The notes under the pieces: generated by a model | What the model was told of the DNA's origin: nothing | Seen by the model: the letters and a program-made list of their open reading frames with translations, nothing else | Databases searched by the model: none | Shown here: piece by piece, positions 1 to 9,859 of the stretch | Layout: every line of letters begins with the position of its first letter | How positions within the stretch are numbered: position 1 is the first letter of the stretch | Made by a program: the position numbers and the translations under genes | Origin: Nitrosopumilus sp. | GTDB lineage: Archaea > Thermoproteota > Nitrososphaeria > Nitrososphaerales > Nitrosopumilaceae | Assembly: GCA_965205215.1 (NCBI GenBank) | Contig: OZ242041.1 | Location: 352,001 to 416,000 of the forward strand | Direction: 5' to 3' | DNA: 64,000 nucleotides

Positions 1-2
1 CC

Positions 3-266
3 CCTCAAGAGGCCCTGCGCCTGCAAGAGTCTGCCAAGGACGCCTCGCCGGAAGGCACGGCCGAGCTCAAGGTACCCATCATAGTCGCAGAAGAATGGGG
101 GGGCTTTGAGAATGGGAGGTTTGACCTAAAGGCGGACGTGGGGGATCTGGCGGATCTGCCCGGCGTGTATACCGTCACGCTGTACAAGAAGGACGGCCAG
201 GAAGAGGTTCCAATCACGTCATATTCGATATTTCACAAGATGGAGCGTCCGAGCGGTTACGACTGA
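3..266 (+). CDS. 3' end of a hypothetical protein (partial, runs off the window start)
   Basis: Open frame from position 3 to TGA at 264-266: ...PIIVAEEWGGFENGRFDLKADVGDLADLPGVYTVTLYKKDGQEEVPITSYSIFHKMERPSGYD*. Coding-like codon usage; not in the ORF track. Confidence 0.6.
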   Translation, partial: PQEALRLQESAKDASPEGTAELKVPIIVAEEWGGFENGRFDLKADVGDLADLPGVYTVTLYKKDGQEEVPITSYSIFHKMERPSGYD

Positions 267-494
267 CTGCACGGCAGATCCCTGATGCCATGACGCCATT
301 CCCCAAATGGACGGTACGGCTGCATCCCGCCATGCCGGACCAGAGCCCAGCTGCAGCATGCAGTGACCACGGCCGCCCGACAGGGGGCCGTGCAGGCCAG
401 CCTGTACACATGCGGCGCGGCAGCAAGGAATGCCGCGCGCCGGTCGCGCCTATGTGATGGCAAGGTATTTTACAAAACAGGCCAAAGGCTGCGC

Positions 495-1601
495 ATGGAG
501 AAGGTAGCCATACTGGCAATAACCAAGGACGGCATCAGGACCGGGCTGGACATACTAGATGCGTTTCCCGGATGGGAGGTACACGCCCCCGGCAAGTTTG
601 CCGCCACATACGACAACGACGCGCGCATAAGCTGGTACACGGAGCAGACGTCTGTTGTTATATCCAAGCTGTTTGCGCAGAGCGACGGGCTGGTGTGCCT
701 GTTCTCGCTTGGCGCCACAATCAGGCTGATTGCGCCCCACATCAAAGACAAAAAGACGGATCCGGCCGTAATCGTGATTGACGAGATGAGAAACTTCGTC
801 ATAAGCGTGCTGTCGGGGCACATCGGCGGCGCAAACAAGCTGACCCGTGACATCGCAGGGAGGCTGGGCGCGCGGCCGGTAATCACTACCGCGGCGGACG
901 TAAAGGGCACCATATCAGTTGACATGATAGGCCGCGACTACAGCTGGGTGATAGAGGACGACTCGGACGTTACGGCGGTGAGCGCCCACATGGTAAACGA
1001 GGAAAAGATCGGCGTATACCAGGACGCGGGCAGGACGGACTGGTGGCGCGGCGGTGGCAGCGGCGGTGGCAGCGACGGCCTGCCTGCAAACGTCACCACA
1101 TACGACACGCTTGACGCCCTGCACAAGTCAGACTCGAGGGCGCACCTCATAATATCGGACAAGACTGACATACCAGGAGCCCCTGCAAGCCGCGTCATAT
1201 ACAGGCCCCCCACCCTGGTAGTCGGGGTCGGGGTGCACCGCGACACCGCCACGGACACCATCATCGGCGGCATTACGGAGGTCCTCAAGGCGCACGGCCT
1301 GTCTGCAAAATGTGTTGCCAGGCTGGCGTCGATAAAAAAGCCGGCCGACGTGCCGGGGCTGGCAGAGGCCGCAGACGTGCTGCAGGTGCCGCTTGACCTG
1401 TACGACCGGGACGATCTGGCGGGGGTTGCGGTGCCGAACCCCTCCGATACGGTAAGGGCGTACGAGGGCACGCCGAGCGTGTCTGAGGCCGCCTGCATCA
1501 AGGCGGGCGGAGGCCCGGATTCCTGCAGGCTCATAGTGCAAAAGCAGAAATTCCCGCCGGATTTGACGGTGGCCGTATCGAGGAAGGTGTCGGAGGCATG
1601 A
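495..1601 (+). CDS. cbiG: cobalt-precorrin-5A hydrolase CbiG
   Basis: DKKTDPAVIVIDE..FVISVLSGHIGGAN, PVITTAAD, LVVGVG, SVSEAA motifs; probable start MEKVAILAIT at 495. Confidence 0.93.
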   Translation: MEKVAILAITKDGIRTGLDILDAFPGWEVHAPGKFAATYDNDARISWYTEQTSVVISKLFAQSDGLVCLFSLGATIRLIAPHIKDKKTDPAVIVIDEMRNFVISVLSGHIGGANKLTRDIAGRLGARPVITTAADVKGTISVDMIGRDYSWVIEDDSDVTAVSAHMVNEEKIGVYQDAGRTDWWRGGGSGGGSDGLPANVTTYDTLDALHKSDSRAHLIISDKTDIPGAPASRVIYRPPTLVVGVGVHRDTATDTIIGGITEVLKAHGLSAKCVARLASIKKPADVPGLAEAADVLQVPLDLYDRDDLAGVAVPNPSDTVRAYEGTPSVSEAACIKAGGGPDSCRLIVQKQKFPPDLTVAVSRKVSEA

Positions 1602-2389
1602 CTGCAGGGCAAGAAAAGGGGAGGAGGCGCGGGCTGCTCCTGATTGACAGGGGGAGCCGCGAGCGCGAGGCATCAGAGGAGCTTGACAGCATATGCGCCG
1701 GCATCATGAAAAAGGGGGACTATGCGTTTGCCGAATACTGTTTTCTGGAGGTGGAGCCGCCGTACATCGAGGACGGCATGGCAAAGTGCCTCAAGCCCGA
1801 CGAGATAGACGCGCTTACGATCGTGCCGTACTTCCTATACCCGGGGAAAAAGGTCAAGAACGCCGTAGCGGACGCCATGACGTACCAGTCCAAGACGCGG
1901 ATAAAGCTGCTCGTAACGAGGGCCATGAGCATGCACGGCACGCTGGTCGATATCGTGCAGAGCAGGGTGGCCACCGCGCTAAAAGAGAACGACGTCACCA
2001 TGCCGGACGACGGGGTGGACGTGATGATAATCGGCCACGGCAGCGTGGATCCCAACGCGCAGCGCTCCATGGACTACATCGTAAACGGCCTCAAGGGAAG
2101 GTACCGCAACGTGAGCAGGTGCTGGCTTGAGATAGAGCAGCCCGACATAGCCGCGGGCATCAAGAGGTGCGAGGCGGACAGTCCCGAGGCATTGGTCATC
2201 GTATACTATTTCCTGCACGAGGGCGCTCACGTAAAGACGGACATCAACAACGATCTGATGCCCGCCCTAGAGTCGTCGTCGATAAGAAACGCATACATCA
2301 CGAAGCACATCGGGGCGGACGAGAGGATGATAGACTTGATACTGCAGAGAGCGGCAGAGGTGGAGGCGGCGGACCATGTCACAGGTTAG
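1598..2389 (+). CDS. cbiX: sirohydrochlorin cobaltochelatase CbiX (two-domain)
   Basis: DRGSR...FLEVEPP, VPYFLYPGKKV, GHGS, LEIEQP, FLHEGAHVKTDI; overlaps cbiG by ATGA. Confidence 0.88.
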   Translation: MTAGQEKGRRRGLLLIDRGSREREASEELDSICAGIMKKGDYAFAEYCFLEVEPPYIEDGMAKCLKPDEIDALTIVPYFLYPGKKVKNAVADAMTYQSKTRIKLLVTRAMSMHGTLVDIVQSRVATALKENDVTMPDDGVDVMIIGHGSVDPNAQRSMDYIVNGLKGRYRNVSRCWLEIEQPDIAAGIKRCEADSPEALVIVYYFLHEGAHVKTDINNDLMPALESSSIRNAYITKHIGADERMIDLILQRAAEVEAADHVTG

Positions 2390-3026
2390 GGCGGGCCAGT
2401 CGATAGAGGATGCCAGCATGCGCATCATAGACGAGGAGATTGGCGGCAGACATACGTACAACGACACGGAATGGCCCGTCGTGAGGCGGGTCATACACGC
2501 CACGGCTGACTTTGACTTTGCGGGGGCAAACCGGATACTGTTTCATGAGAATGCCATCAAGGGCGGGATGGGCGCGCTCAAGGGCGGGCGCGCGATCATA
2601 ACGGACGTCAACGGCGTGATCGGGGGCCTCAACAAGCAGAACCCGAGGGACTTTGGAAACGAGATCATATGCAGGATATCCGATCCCAGCGTGGCCGCGG
2701 CCGCAAAGGAAAAGTCGCTTACCAGGTCGCAGGCAGCGATGCGCTCGGTGTCGTCTGAGATGAGCGGCGGCATAGTGGTGATCGGCAACGCGCCGACTGC
2801 CCTGCGCGAGGTTCTGAAGATGGCAAGGGAGGGCGCGGCAAAACCCGCCCTCATAGTGGGAATGCCGGTCGGCTTTGTGGATGCCGCAGAGTCAAAGGCG
2901 GAGCTGGCCCAACAAAATGACATACCGTACATCACCAATACGGGCAGGAAGGGCGGCAGCCCCACCGCGTCTGCCATCGTCAACGCGCTGTACAAGCTGC
3001 TCAGGGCGCACAAGGCCGCATCATAA
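2376..3026 (+). CDS. cbiC: precorrin-8X methylmutase CbiC/CobH
   Basis: RRVIHATADFDF, TRSQAAM, IGNAPTAL, GMPVGFVDAAESK, GRKGGS. Confidence 0.95.
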   Translation: MSQVRAGQSIEDASMRIIDEEIGGRHTYNDTEWPVVRRVIHATADFDFAGANRILFHENAIKGGMGALKGGRAIITDVNGVIGGLNKQNPRDFGNEIICRISDPSVAAAAKEKSLTRSQAAMRSVSSEMSGGIVVIGNAPTALREVLKMAREGAAKPALIVGMPVGFVDAAESKAELAQQNDIPYITNTGRKGGSPTASAIVNALYKLLRAHKAAS

Positions 3027-3120
3027 TCACCCGAGCCACAGATGGGCGTTACAATACCAAGATCGTTTTTCATCCCGTAACTTCTTCAAACACGCCCTGC
3101 GGATCGCCGCAGTACGGGCC

Positions 3121-4584
3121 TCAGAGCCGCCTGTACCGTGCGCAGTTCGCGACAAAGTGCGACGCAAAGTCGGCCACGTCAAAGTAGATGTGCCCGTACG
3201 ACGCAAGCGTGTTGTGTACCATCAGGCCGTCGTTCCCGTTTTGTATGCCCACACCGCAGTTCTCCCCGCCGCAGTTCCCGTCGTACAGACGGATTGCAAG
3301 GCCCGAACCCCGCGGCAGGCCAGACATTCTGGAATAGTGGAACTCGTGCCCCCGGAACTTGCGATCGGAACTGCCTGTAATGGGAGTGCCAGGACTTATG
3401 ACGCCTTTGGTATAATTTATGACGGGACGGCCTGTCATTACGACGCCGGCATCAAACAGTCCCACCATGCCATATTTTTTGCGCTGCTTGCTTGTTATGC
3501 TCTTTGAGAGGTACATCAGTCCGCCACACTCCGCGTATATGGGCATCCCGTCCTCTGCCATCTTCTTGATCGATTTTTTCATGGACTGGTTCTGCTCAAG
3601 CGGGGCCGCCAGCACCTCCGGAAACCCGCCCCCGATGTATAGGGCGTCGCACGCGGGCGGCCTCTTGCCTGACACGGGACTGAAGAACTTCAACCGCGCG
3701 CCCTCGCGGCGCAGCGCGTCGAGGTTGTCCTGATAGTAAAAGTTGAACGAAGAGTCTAGCGCCACCGCTATGGCTGGCCCGTCCTTGTTTTTCACCTCCT
3801 TGTTGTAATTTGCGACGAGCTCCCTGTTCCGCAGCACGGCGTTTGGCGTCCTGCGCGGCTTGGCAGCAGCAGCAGCAGCAGCCGGAACGGGCCCCGCCGA
3901 ATAGGCTATAGCCAGCAGTCTCTTTACGTCCAGGCGCGGTTCTACGACGTCTGCAATCCTCTCAATCTTTTTCTCCAGCTCCGTCCTGTCAACGGTAGAG
4001 TGGAGTCCCAGATGGCGCTCCTCCATCGTCATTGCCGCGTCCCTGTATATGGCTCCCAGGACCGGGATGCCTGCGCTGCGGAGCGCGTCCTGGCACGTCA
4101 GCGCGTGTCTGACGCTGCCAAGCTTGTTGAGAATCACGCCCGCAATGCGCGAATTCTTCTGAAACGAGCGAAAGCCGAGAGCGGTGGCGGCCACCGACCG
4201 CGCGGCCTTTGAAGCGTCCACGGCCAGTATGACAGGCGAGCGCGTGATGCCTGCCATGTGATACGTGCTGGCATAGTCAGAGTGTCCGGAATGCCCGTCG
4301 TAATACCCCATGACCCCCTCTATCACCGACACGTCGGAGCCCTGCGCGTGCATTGCAAAGCTTTCCAGAGTCCGACGGGTGCTCCCCATCACCCATACGT
4401 CTAGGTTGCGCGCATCGCGTCCCGCCGCCGCACCCAGGTACACGGGATCGATATAGTCCGGCCCCACCTTGAACGGCGACACGGTCAGCCCCTGCCTGCG
4501 CATGATATGTATGATTGCGCATGTTATGGACGTCTTGCCGACCCCGCTTGAGACGCCGGCGACGACCACCCGTGGAAGCTTCAA
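3121..4584 (-). CDS. cbiA: cobyrinate a,c-diamide synthase CbiA/CobB
   Basis: SGVGKT P-loop, FKVGPDYID, EGVMG, ERHLGL, GGGFPE, YAECGGLMYL, GHEFHYS; probable TTG start near 4584 (LKLPRVVVAG). Confidence 0.93.
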   Translation of the reverse strand: MKLPRVVVAGVSSGVGKTSITCAIIHIMRRQGLTVSPFKVGPDYIDPVYLGAAAGRDARNLDVWVMGSTRRTLESFAMHAQGSDVSVIEGVMGYYDGHSGHSDYASTYHMAGITRSPVILAVDASKAARSVAATALGFRSFQKNSRIAGVILNKLGSVRHALTCQDALRSAGIPVLGAIYRDAAMTMEERHLGLHSTVDRTELEKKIERIADVVEPRLDVKRLLAIAYSAGPVPAAAAAAAKPRRTPNAVLRNRELVANYNKEVKNKDGPAIAVALDSSFNFYYQDNLDALRREGARLKFFSPVSGKRPPACDALYIGGGFPEVLAAPLEQNQSMKKSIKKMAEDGMPIYAECGGLMYLSKSITSKQRKKYGMVGLFDAGVVMTGRPVINYTKGVISPGTPITGSSDRKFRGHEFHYSRMSGLPRGSGLAIRLYDGNCGGENCGVGIQNGNDGLMVHNTLASYGHIYFDVADFASHFVANCARYRRL

Positions 4585-4651
4585 CGCATACGGGCCGTCC
4601 TGCCGATTAATAATAATAACACGCAGCCGCCACCATATCCGGAGAACAGGC

Positions 4652-5206
4652 ATGAAATCACGCGACAAGAGAGACGATAGCGGCGGGATTGTCATCGTAT
4701 ACACGGGCGGGGGCAAGGGCAAGACTACCGCGGCCCTCGGAATGGCCCTGCGCGCGCTGGGCCACCGCAAGAAGGTGTGCATGGTACAGTTCATCAAGGG
4801 GTCGTGGAGGTACGGCGAGATGGAGTCATCCAAGCTGCTCGAGCCCGGCTTCGAGATGATCGCGGCCGGCAAGGGGTTTGTAGGAATAATAGACGACAAG
4901 AGCCCCCGGGAGGACCACGAGAGGATTGCGGGGGAGGCAGTCAGGCTGGCATCAGAAAAGGTGCGATCTGGCGCGTACGACATAGTCATACTGGACGAGA
5001 TAAACTACGCGGTGGACCTCGGGCTGGTGCCGGTGTCCGACGTGCTCGAGATACTGGATGCCCGCCCGCCAGGGGTCTCCGTGGTGCTGACGGGAAACCG
5101 CGCTACCGACCAAGTGGTCGAGAGGGCCGACCTCGTCACCGAGATGAGGGAGGTCAAGCACCCGTTCAAAAGGGGCATCAGGGCCAAAAAGGGGATCGAC
5201 TTTTAG
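4652..5206 (+). CDS. cobO: cob(I)alamin adenosyltransferase CobO/BtuR
   Basis: VYTGGGKGKTTAALG, VQFIKG, LDEINYA, VLTGN, ADLVTEMREVKHPF..GIDF. Confidence 0.95.
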   Translation: MKSRDKRDDSGGIVIVYTGGGKGKTTAALGMALRALGHRKKVCMVQFIKGSWRYGEMESSKLLEPGFEMIAAGKGFVGIIDDKSPREDHERIAGEAVRLASEKVRSGAYDIVILDEINYAVDLGLVPVSDVLEILDARPPGVSVVLTGNRATDQVVERADLVTEMREVKHPFKRGIRAKKGIDF

Positions 5207-5443
5207 GCACACGCAGCAGGCAAGAAAAGATCACCTTGGAATCACAGTAACAGACCGAGTTTCCGAGTCGCTAATGCGCATATGGCAGAGGGAGGAGCAG
5301 GCCTGGCCGATGTGCGTTAAAGGCAGTCGCGCGCGGCAATCCTGACAACGGCGCCGCATGATCCTCGTCGGCGCTCGGTTCCGGGCGGGCGCATCATGCG
5401 CCCGGCGCCAACCGCGGGGGCAATCCTGAAAAGCCGCGAAGCG

Positions 5444-5941
5444 TCACGGCTGCTGGGAGAGGAGATCCTCCCACTCGTCCTCGTCACTAACCTCGTCAAG
5501 CAGGACCGTCTTGAACAGCTCAAACGTGACATAGTCCTTGTCCCTGTACTTTTCTGCCATCTTGTTGTAAAAGTCGATCGCACACCTCTCGGCGCTGATC
5601 ACGTCCTCGATGACCTGCTTCAGGTTGCCCTGATCCTCCGGAGGCTTGCTGTAGCCGCACCCGCCGACTTCTGCCAGCTTTGCAAAGTCCATGACGGGCG
5701 CGCCGCCAAGCTCCATTATCCTGTTTGCAAACTTTTCTGCATGCAAGAGCTCGTCGGCAGACTGGGCCGTCAGGCGGGAGGTTATCGCGTCGGCGTTGAT
5801 CCCGCTTACCCAGTGGGCGGCAAGCCAGTACTGGTAGTGCGCAAGCCACTCGTCGGCGTACGCCTTGTTGAGGTCCGCAATCACCTCGTTTACGTCAATC
5901 TTTGAGGCGACGATCTCGGTTCCTTTCTTGCCCATATCCAT
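5444..5941 (-). CDS. DPS-like (DPSL) ferritin-superfamily protein
   Basis: AYADEWLAHYQY, DELLHA..RIMELGGAP, AERCAIDFY; Cys pair characteristic of DPSL. Confidence 0.85.
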   Translation of the reverse strand: MDMGKKGTEIVASKIDVNEVIADLNKAYADEWLAHYQYWLAAHWVSGINADAITSRLTAQSADELLHAEKFANRIMELGGAPVMDFAKLAEVGGCGYSKPPEDQGNLKQVIEDVISAERCAIDFYNKMAEKYRDKDYVTFELFKTVLLDEVSDEDEWEDLLSQQP

Positions 5942-6028
5942 CCGTGGAGCGCATCCTGATTTAACTATTGCCGAATCCAGTCCCCCCCCCCTAGAAACCG
6001 TTTAATTCGAGGGGCCCACACGCACCGC

Positions 6029-6838
6029 ATGCATGCAGACGAGATGCCCGAGCAGGGCGAGATTGTCATGGCGACCGTCACGAAGGTGATGGACCACGGC
6101 GCCTACGTCTCGCTTGACGAGTACGACGGCATGCAGGGGTTCCTGCACATATCGGAGATCGCCCCGGGGTGGATACGCTCCATAAACAAGCACGTCAGGA
6201 AGGGGGAGAAGAAGGTGCTCTTGGTCAAGAAGGTCAATCCCCGCAGGGGCGACATAGACCTGTCGCTCAAGCAGATATCAAAGGATCAGAAAAAGCAAAA
6301 GATCCGGGAGGTCAAAAAGTACGAGAAGGGAAACACGCTGATGCAGAGCGTGCGGGAAAAGGCGGATCTGTCAGAAGACGACATATCAGACGTGGAGGAC
6401 AAGATATACTCAAAGTTCGACTCCGTGTACGACGCGTTCATCGAGATAGGCCGCAGGGGCGGCTCTTCTGTCGGCGGCCTAGGAATCGACAAGAACATAG
6501 TTAGCACAATGGAGGAGGTGGCCTCGAAGATAAAGCTGCCCTCAGTGGAGATCAGGGGCGTGATGGACATTGCAAGCAGCCGTCCGGACGGGGTGGAGGT
6601 GATCAGGAAGATACTGCTCGACGCGATACCGGACAGGAACGGCGGCAGCGCGACGGAGAACGCGGAGATCACGTACCTGGGCGCCCCGAAATACAGGCTG
6701 GCGGTCACGTCCGAGGACTTCAAGTCCGCGGAGAAGGTGCTAAAGCCCATCGTGTCGGAGATACAGTCAGGGATAGAGAAGAAAAAGGGCACGTTCAGCT
6801 TTACAAGGGAAGAGTCGAAAAAGACCAGGGAGAACTAG
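6029..6838 (+). CDS. eif2a: translation initiation factor aIF-2 alpha
   Basis: S1 domain GAYVSLDEY..FLHISE, IDLSLK, YLGAPKY. Confidence 0.95.
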   Translation: MHADEMPEQGEIVMATVTKVMDHGAYVSLDEYDGMQGFLHISEIAPGWIRSINKHVRKGEKKVLLVKKVNPRRGDIDLSLKQISKDQKKQKIREVKKYEKGNTLMQSVREKADLSEDDISDVEDKIYSKFDSVYDAFIEIGRRGGSSVGGLGIDKNIVSTMEEVASKIKLPSVEIRGVMDIASSRPDGVEVIRKILLDAIPDRNGGSATENAEITYLGAPKYRLAVTSEDFKSAEKVLKPIVSEIQSGIEKKKGTFSFTREESKKTREN

Positions 6839-6839
6839 C

Positions 6840-7043
6840 ATGCGCTTTTTGCTGCGCAGGTGCGTCTCATGCAACAGGTACACCCTCAAGGCGCGGTGCC
6901 CCGCGTGCGACGCGGACACGGAGTCGGCGCATCCCGCCAAGTACTCGCCTGACGACAAGTACGCCAGATACAGGCTTGCGTCAAGGTACGCCGGGCAGGA
7001 TTCAGGTGGCGGTGGTGGCGACGTGCCGCAGAAGACGCAGTGA
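6840..7043 (+). CDS. nop10: H/ACA RNP protein Nop10
   Basis: CVSCNRYTLKARCPAC..SAHPAKYSPDDKYARYR; canonical position after aIF-2 alpha. Confidence 0.92.
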   Translation: MRFLLRRCVSCNRYTLKARCPACDADTESAHPAKYSPDDKYARYRLASRYAGQDSGGGGGDVPQKTQ

Positions 7044-7058
7044 GCCGCGGAGACTGCA

Positions 7059-7529
7059 TCAGCCAGGAGAGTACCTGCCGCGCATCTCCGCCTTTGCCAT
7101 GACGTGCGGCCTTATGGCCTGCTCCAGCTGCTGCTTTGTCGCCGACGCGCCCAGTTTAATCTCGGCGTCCAGCGCGTAGACCGCAAAGACGTAGGTGTGC
7201 TCCGCATCGGGAGGGGCGGGGCCGCCGTACCCGGTGCTGCCAAAGTCAGTCGTGCCCTGCACGGCGCCTGCCGGCGGCGCCGAGCCCTCGCCGATCAGGG
7301 CCGTATCAGGCGGCATGTTCCACACGATCCAGTGCGACCACACCTTGCCTGCCGGCTTCATGGCGTCCGGATCGTCCATTATGAGCGCCAAGGACTTTGC
7401 GCCCTCGGGCACGCCGGAAAACGACAGGGCGGGGCTGACGTTCCCGTTCTTGTAGCCGTGCCTCCTCGGGATCCGGCCGCCGTCCTCAAAGGCGTCGCTT
7501 GATATGGCAATGCCCGTCATGCGCGCCAT
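7059..7529 (-). CDS. YbhB/YbcL PEBP-family protein
   Basis: SPAL, ALIMDDPDA, HWIVWN, YGGPAPP..HTYVFAVYALD. Confidence 0.9.
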   Translation of the reverse strand: MARMTGIAISSDAFEDGGRIPRRHGYKNGNVSPALSFSGVPEGAKSLALIMDDPDAMKPAGKVWSHWIVWNMPPDTALIGEGSAPPAGAVQGTTDFGSTGYGGPAPPDAEHTYVFAVYALDAEIKLGASATKQQLEQAIRPHVMAKAEMRGRYSPG

Positions 7530-7573
7530 TGCGGGCGCGCCAAGTTAAGGGTTTCCTTCGGGCTTTCGGCGGC

Positions 7574-7963
7574 CTACGGCTCCAGGACTATGCGGTCGTT
7601 TGAAAACGACATTATCGAGCATCCGCGCTCGCGGAGCCGCCGCTTCAGCCCCCGGTCCATGGTGGCTACTATGCCGCCGCGCGCGGCCGCGTGGGACAGT
7701 ATTGCGTCGTCGGCCGTCGCCGCGCCGGCGCCCATCTGCACGGTCCGGAGGCCCCGCGCAAACTCCATGGTGCGCCGCGCGTCGTCACTCCTCGCATCGC
7801 CGCGCCGGAGTATGCGGTCCAGCTCGACAAGCACTACACGCGGCACCACGAACGACACCTCTCCTATCTCGTCGCCCAGGCTGTCTATATTTCTGACCCG
7901 CGTGGTGGCCAGGTGCATCAGAAAGCTCGTGTCGCATATCACGTCAGCCAGCGGCGACCACAC
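7574..7963 (-). CDS. PIN-domain protein (Fcf1-like)
   Basis: VICDTSFL, ELD, ADDAIL, VATMDRGLKRRL; canonical neighbour of aIF-2 gamma. Confidence 0.85.
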   Translation of the reverse strand: MWSPLADVICDTSFLMHLATTRVRNIDSLGDEIGEVSFVVPRVVLVELDRILRRGDARSDDARRTMEFARGLRTVQMGAGAATADDAILSHAAARGGIVATMDRGLKRRLRERGCSIMSFSNDRIVLEP

Positions 7964-9233
7964 CCGCGCCGATCAGCCTCCACCTGTCCGCAATCCTCCT
8001 GCTGATTGCCACGTGCCCGCCCTCGAACACGCACGCGGGGCGCTTGAGCTCCACCTCGATTCCGCCGTCCTTGGTGCGCGCCTGCTTTACCTGCCCCGGG
8101 ATCGGGGCGGTCCCGATGTTGAGCCTGAGCATCTCGCCGTTCTGGATGGGCTTTACCTGCACGTCCTCGGTGGTGCCGACTGCCGAGTCAAACAGGCTCA
8201 CGGACATCGCAAGCGAGGTGGTATTCTCAGGCAGCGTGCCGGGGCGCCCTATCACCGAGCCGATAAACGAGTCGCTGCGCGTCATGGAGGGGTCGAGCTT
8301 TGTGCCGATGGCCACGAGGCCGCCCGGCTTTACGGAGTCCACGGTTCCGGCCGCGGTCCCAAGCGACGTGATCTCGGTGACTAGCGGCTCGTATCCCGCC
8401 GCGCCCCTGTTCTTCTCGGACGGCACGCCCGGCTTGATCTCTATCTCGTCGCCCACCTTGAAGATCCCCTGAGTCAGGCTCCCGCCTATCACGCCGCCCT
8501 TGATCTTCTTGATGCCGGTTCCGGGGCGGTTCACGTCAAATGAGCGCAGCACGTGCATCACGGCGTCCTTCCCCTCGTCCCGCTCGGGGGTTGCGATGGT
8601 GGACTCTACCGCGCCTATCAGCGCGTCCACGTTCAAGGACGACTGGGCCGATACCGGGATTATGGGCGCGACCCCGTTTCCTGCGCGGGTCTCCCCAAGA
8701 AACCTCGCAATGTCGTCGTGGTTTGCCATCGCCTCCTCGTACGTGAGCAGGTCGACCTTGTTCTGCACCACCACGACCTGGGTTATTCCAAGCGTCTGCA
8801 GCGCCAGCATGTGCTCCTTGGTCTGGGGCCTCGGGACCTGCTCGTTTGCGGCCACCAGCAGCAGGGCGCCGTCCATCAGGGCCGATCCCGACAGCATGTT
8901 GGCCATCAAACTCTCGTGACCCGGGCTGTCGACAAAGCTAACGACTCGCGTAAGCTCGCTGGTGCCTCCGCAGTTGCCGCAGGTCGGGGTCGTCGAGTAC
9001 CCCAGGGGCTCCTCGCACGCGCCGCACTTGTAGAACGCCGCGTCAGAGTATCCGACGCGTATGGTAATGCCGCGCTTTAGCTCCTGGCTGTGCACGCTGG
9101 TCCACGAGCCGGTCAGCGCCTGTATCAGCGTGGTCTTCCCGTGGTCCACGTGCCCCGCCGTGCCGATGTTCACGCACGGCTGGTATCCGTACTTTTTTAC
9201 ATACCAGTCCGGTAGCGTGTCGCGCCAGTGCAT
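7944..9233 (-). CDS. eif2g: translation initiation factor aIF-2 gamma
   Basis: GHVDHGKTT, RGITIRVGY, Zn ribbon, DSPGHE, NKVD, RSFDVNRPG, WRLIGAG. Confidence 0.97.
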   Translation of the reverse strand: MHWRDTLPDWYVKKYGYQPCVNIGTAGHVDHGKTTLIQALTGSWTSVHSQELKRGITIRVGYSDAAFYKCGACEEPLGYSTTPTCGNCGGTSELTRVVSFVDSPGHESLMANMLSGSALMDGALLLVAANEQVPRPQTKEHMLALQTLGITQVVVVQNKVDLLTYEEAMANHDDIARFLGETRAGNGVAPIIPVSAQSSLNVDALIGAVESTIATPERDEGKDAVMHVLRSFDVNRPGTGIKKIKGGVIGGSLTQGIFKVGDEIEIKPGVPSEKNRGAAGYEPLVTEITSLGTAAGTVDSVKPGGLVAIGTKLDPSMTRSDSFIGSVIGRPGTLPENTTSLAMSVSLFDSAVGTTEDVQVKPIQNGEMLRLNIGTAPIPGQVKQARTKDGGIEVELKRPACVFEGGHVAISRRIADRWRLIGAGVVAAG

Positions 9234-9278
9234 AATCATAGTGTCGATCCGACGTATGTTAAGCTTGGTTTTGCAGGA

Positions 9279-9692
9279 CTAGTCCTTGCCCTCATCTGAC
9301 TGGCCGGCCTCTGCGCCGCCGTCTGAGGCCTGTCCGTCGTCCGCGGCCGGCAGCTCGCCGTCATACCTGCAGTTTACCTGGTAGGTCTCCTCGGATATGG
9401 TGTTGCCGCGCACGAGCTTGCGGACGCGCTGCCCCTTCTCGGCGTCCTGCAGCCCCACCCCCTTTGAGAGCAGCACGTACTTGCGGGCGGCCCCGTGCAC
9501 GTCGCTGCGCATCGGGACTCCCGACTTGTCGCTCCCGCCCGTGAGCGTGAGTATGCCAGAGAGGCCGACGGCGTCCGCGTCCGCCTCGTCCCCAAGCTGG
9601 AGGCCCAGCAGCGGGACGGCGTCCGAGTCCTTTAGCTCCTTTGAGATGGACCTGCCCTTGGTATCGGATATGGTCACCTTGAAGCTTGCCAT
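9279..9692 (-). CDS. rps6e: 30S ribosomal protein S6e
   Basis: FKVTISD, LTGGSDKSGVPMR, RVRKLVRGNTI. Confidence 0.95.
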   Translation of the reverse strand: MASFKVTISDTKGRSISKELKDSDAVPLLGLQLGDEADADAVGLSGILTLTGGSDKSGVPMRSDVHGAARKYVLLSKGVGLQDAEKGQRVRKLVRGNTISEETYQVNCRYDGELPAADDGQASDGGAEAGQSDEGKD

Positions 9693-9859
9693 GCAGGCGG
9701 GGCGGATCTGAGGCTAATAATCCTTTGGCAGGCGGGACCCCCAGTTCGCAGGCGGCGATCTGCCCAGAGCCGACGCGCAGATCCTGAAATCAAGCAATTC
9801 CTGGGTGAGTTGGAATGACTAGTGGTACACTTACCAACTGTTAATAACAAGTAATAACA

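Noticed and set aside
267-494. Cobalamin riboswitch upstream of cbiG
   Set aside because: No recognisable B12-box motifs, and a TATA-like element lies only ~30 nt before the ATG, leaving no room for a long leader.
4585-4989. N-terminal extension of CbiA in the ORF track (622 aa)
   Set aside because: Overlaps the divergent cobO; homology begins at LKLPRVVVAG. The same over-extension applies to rqcH, acnX, sat and the GT2 gene.
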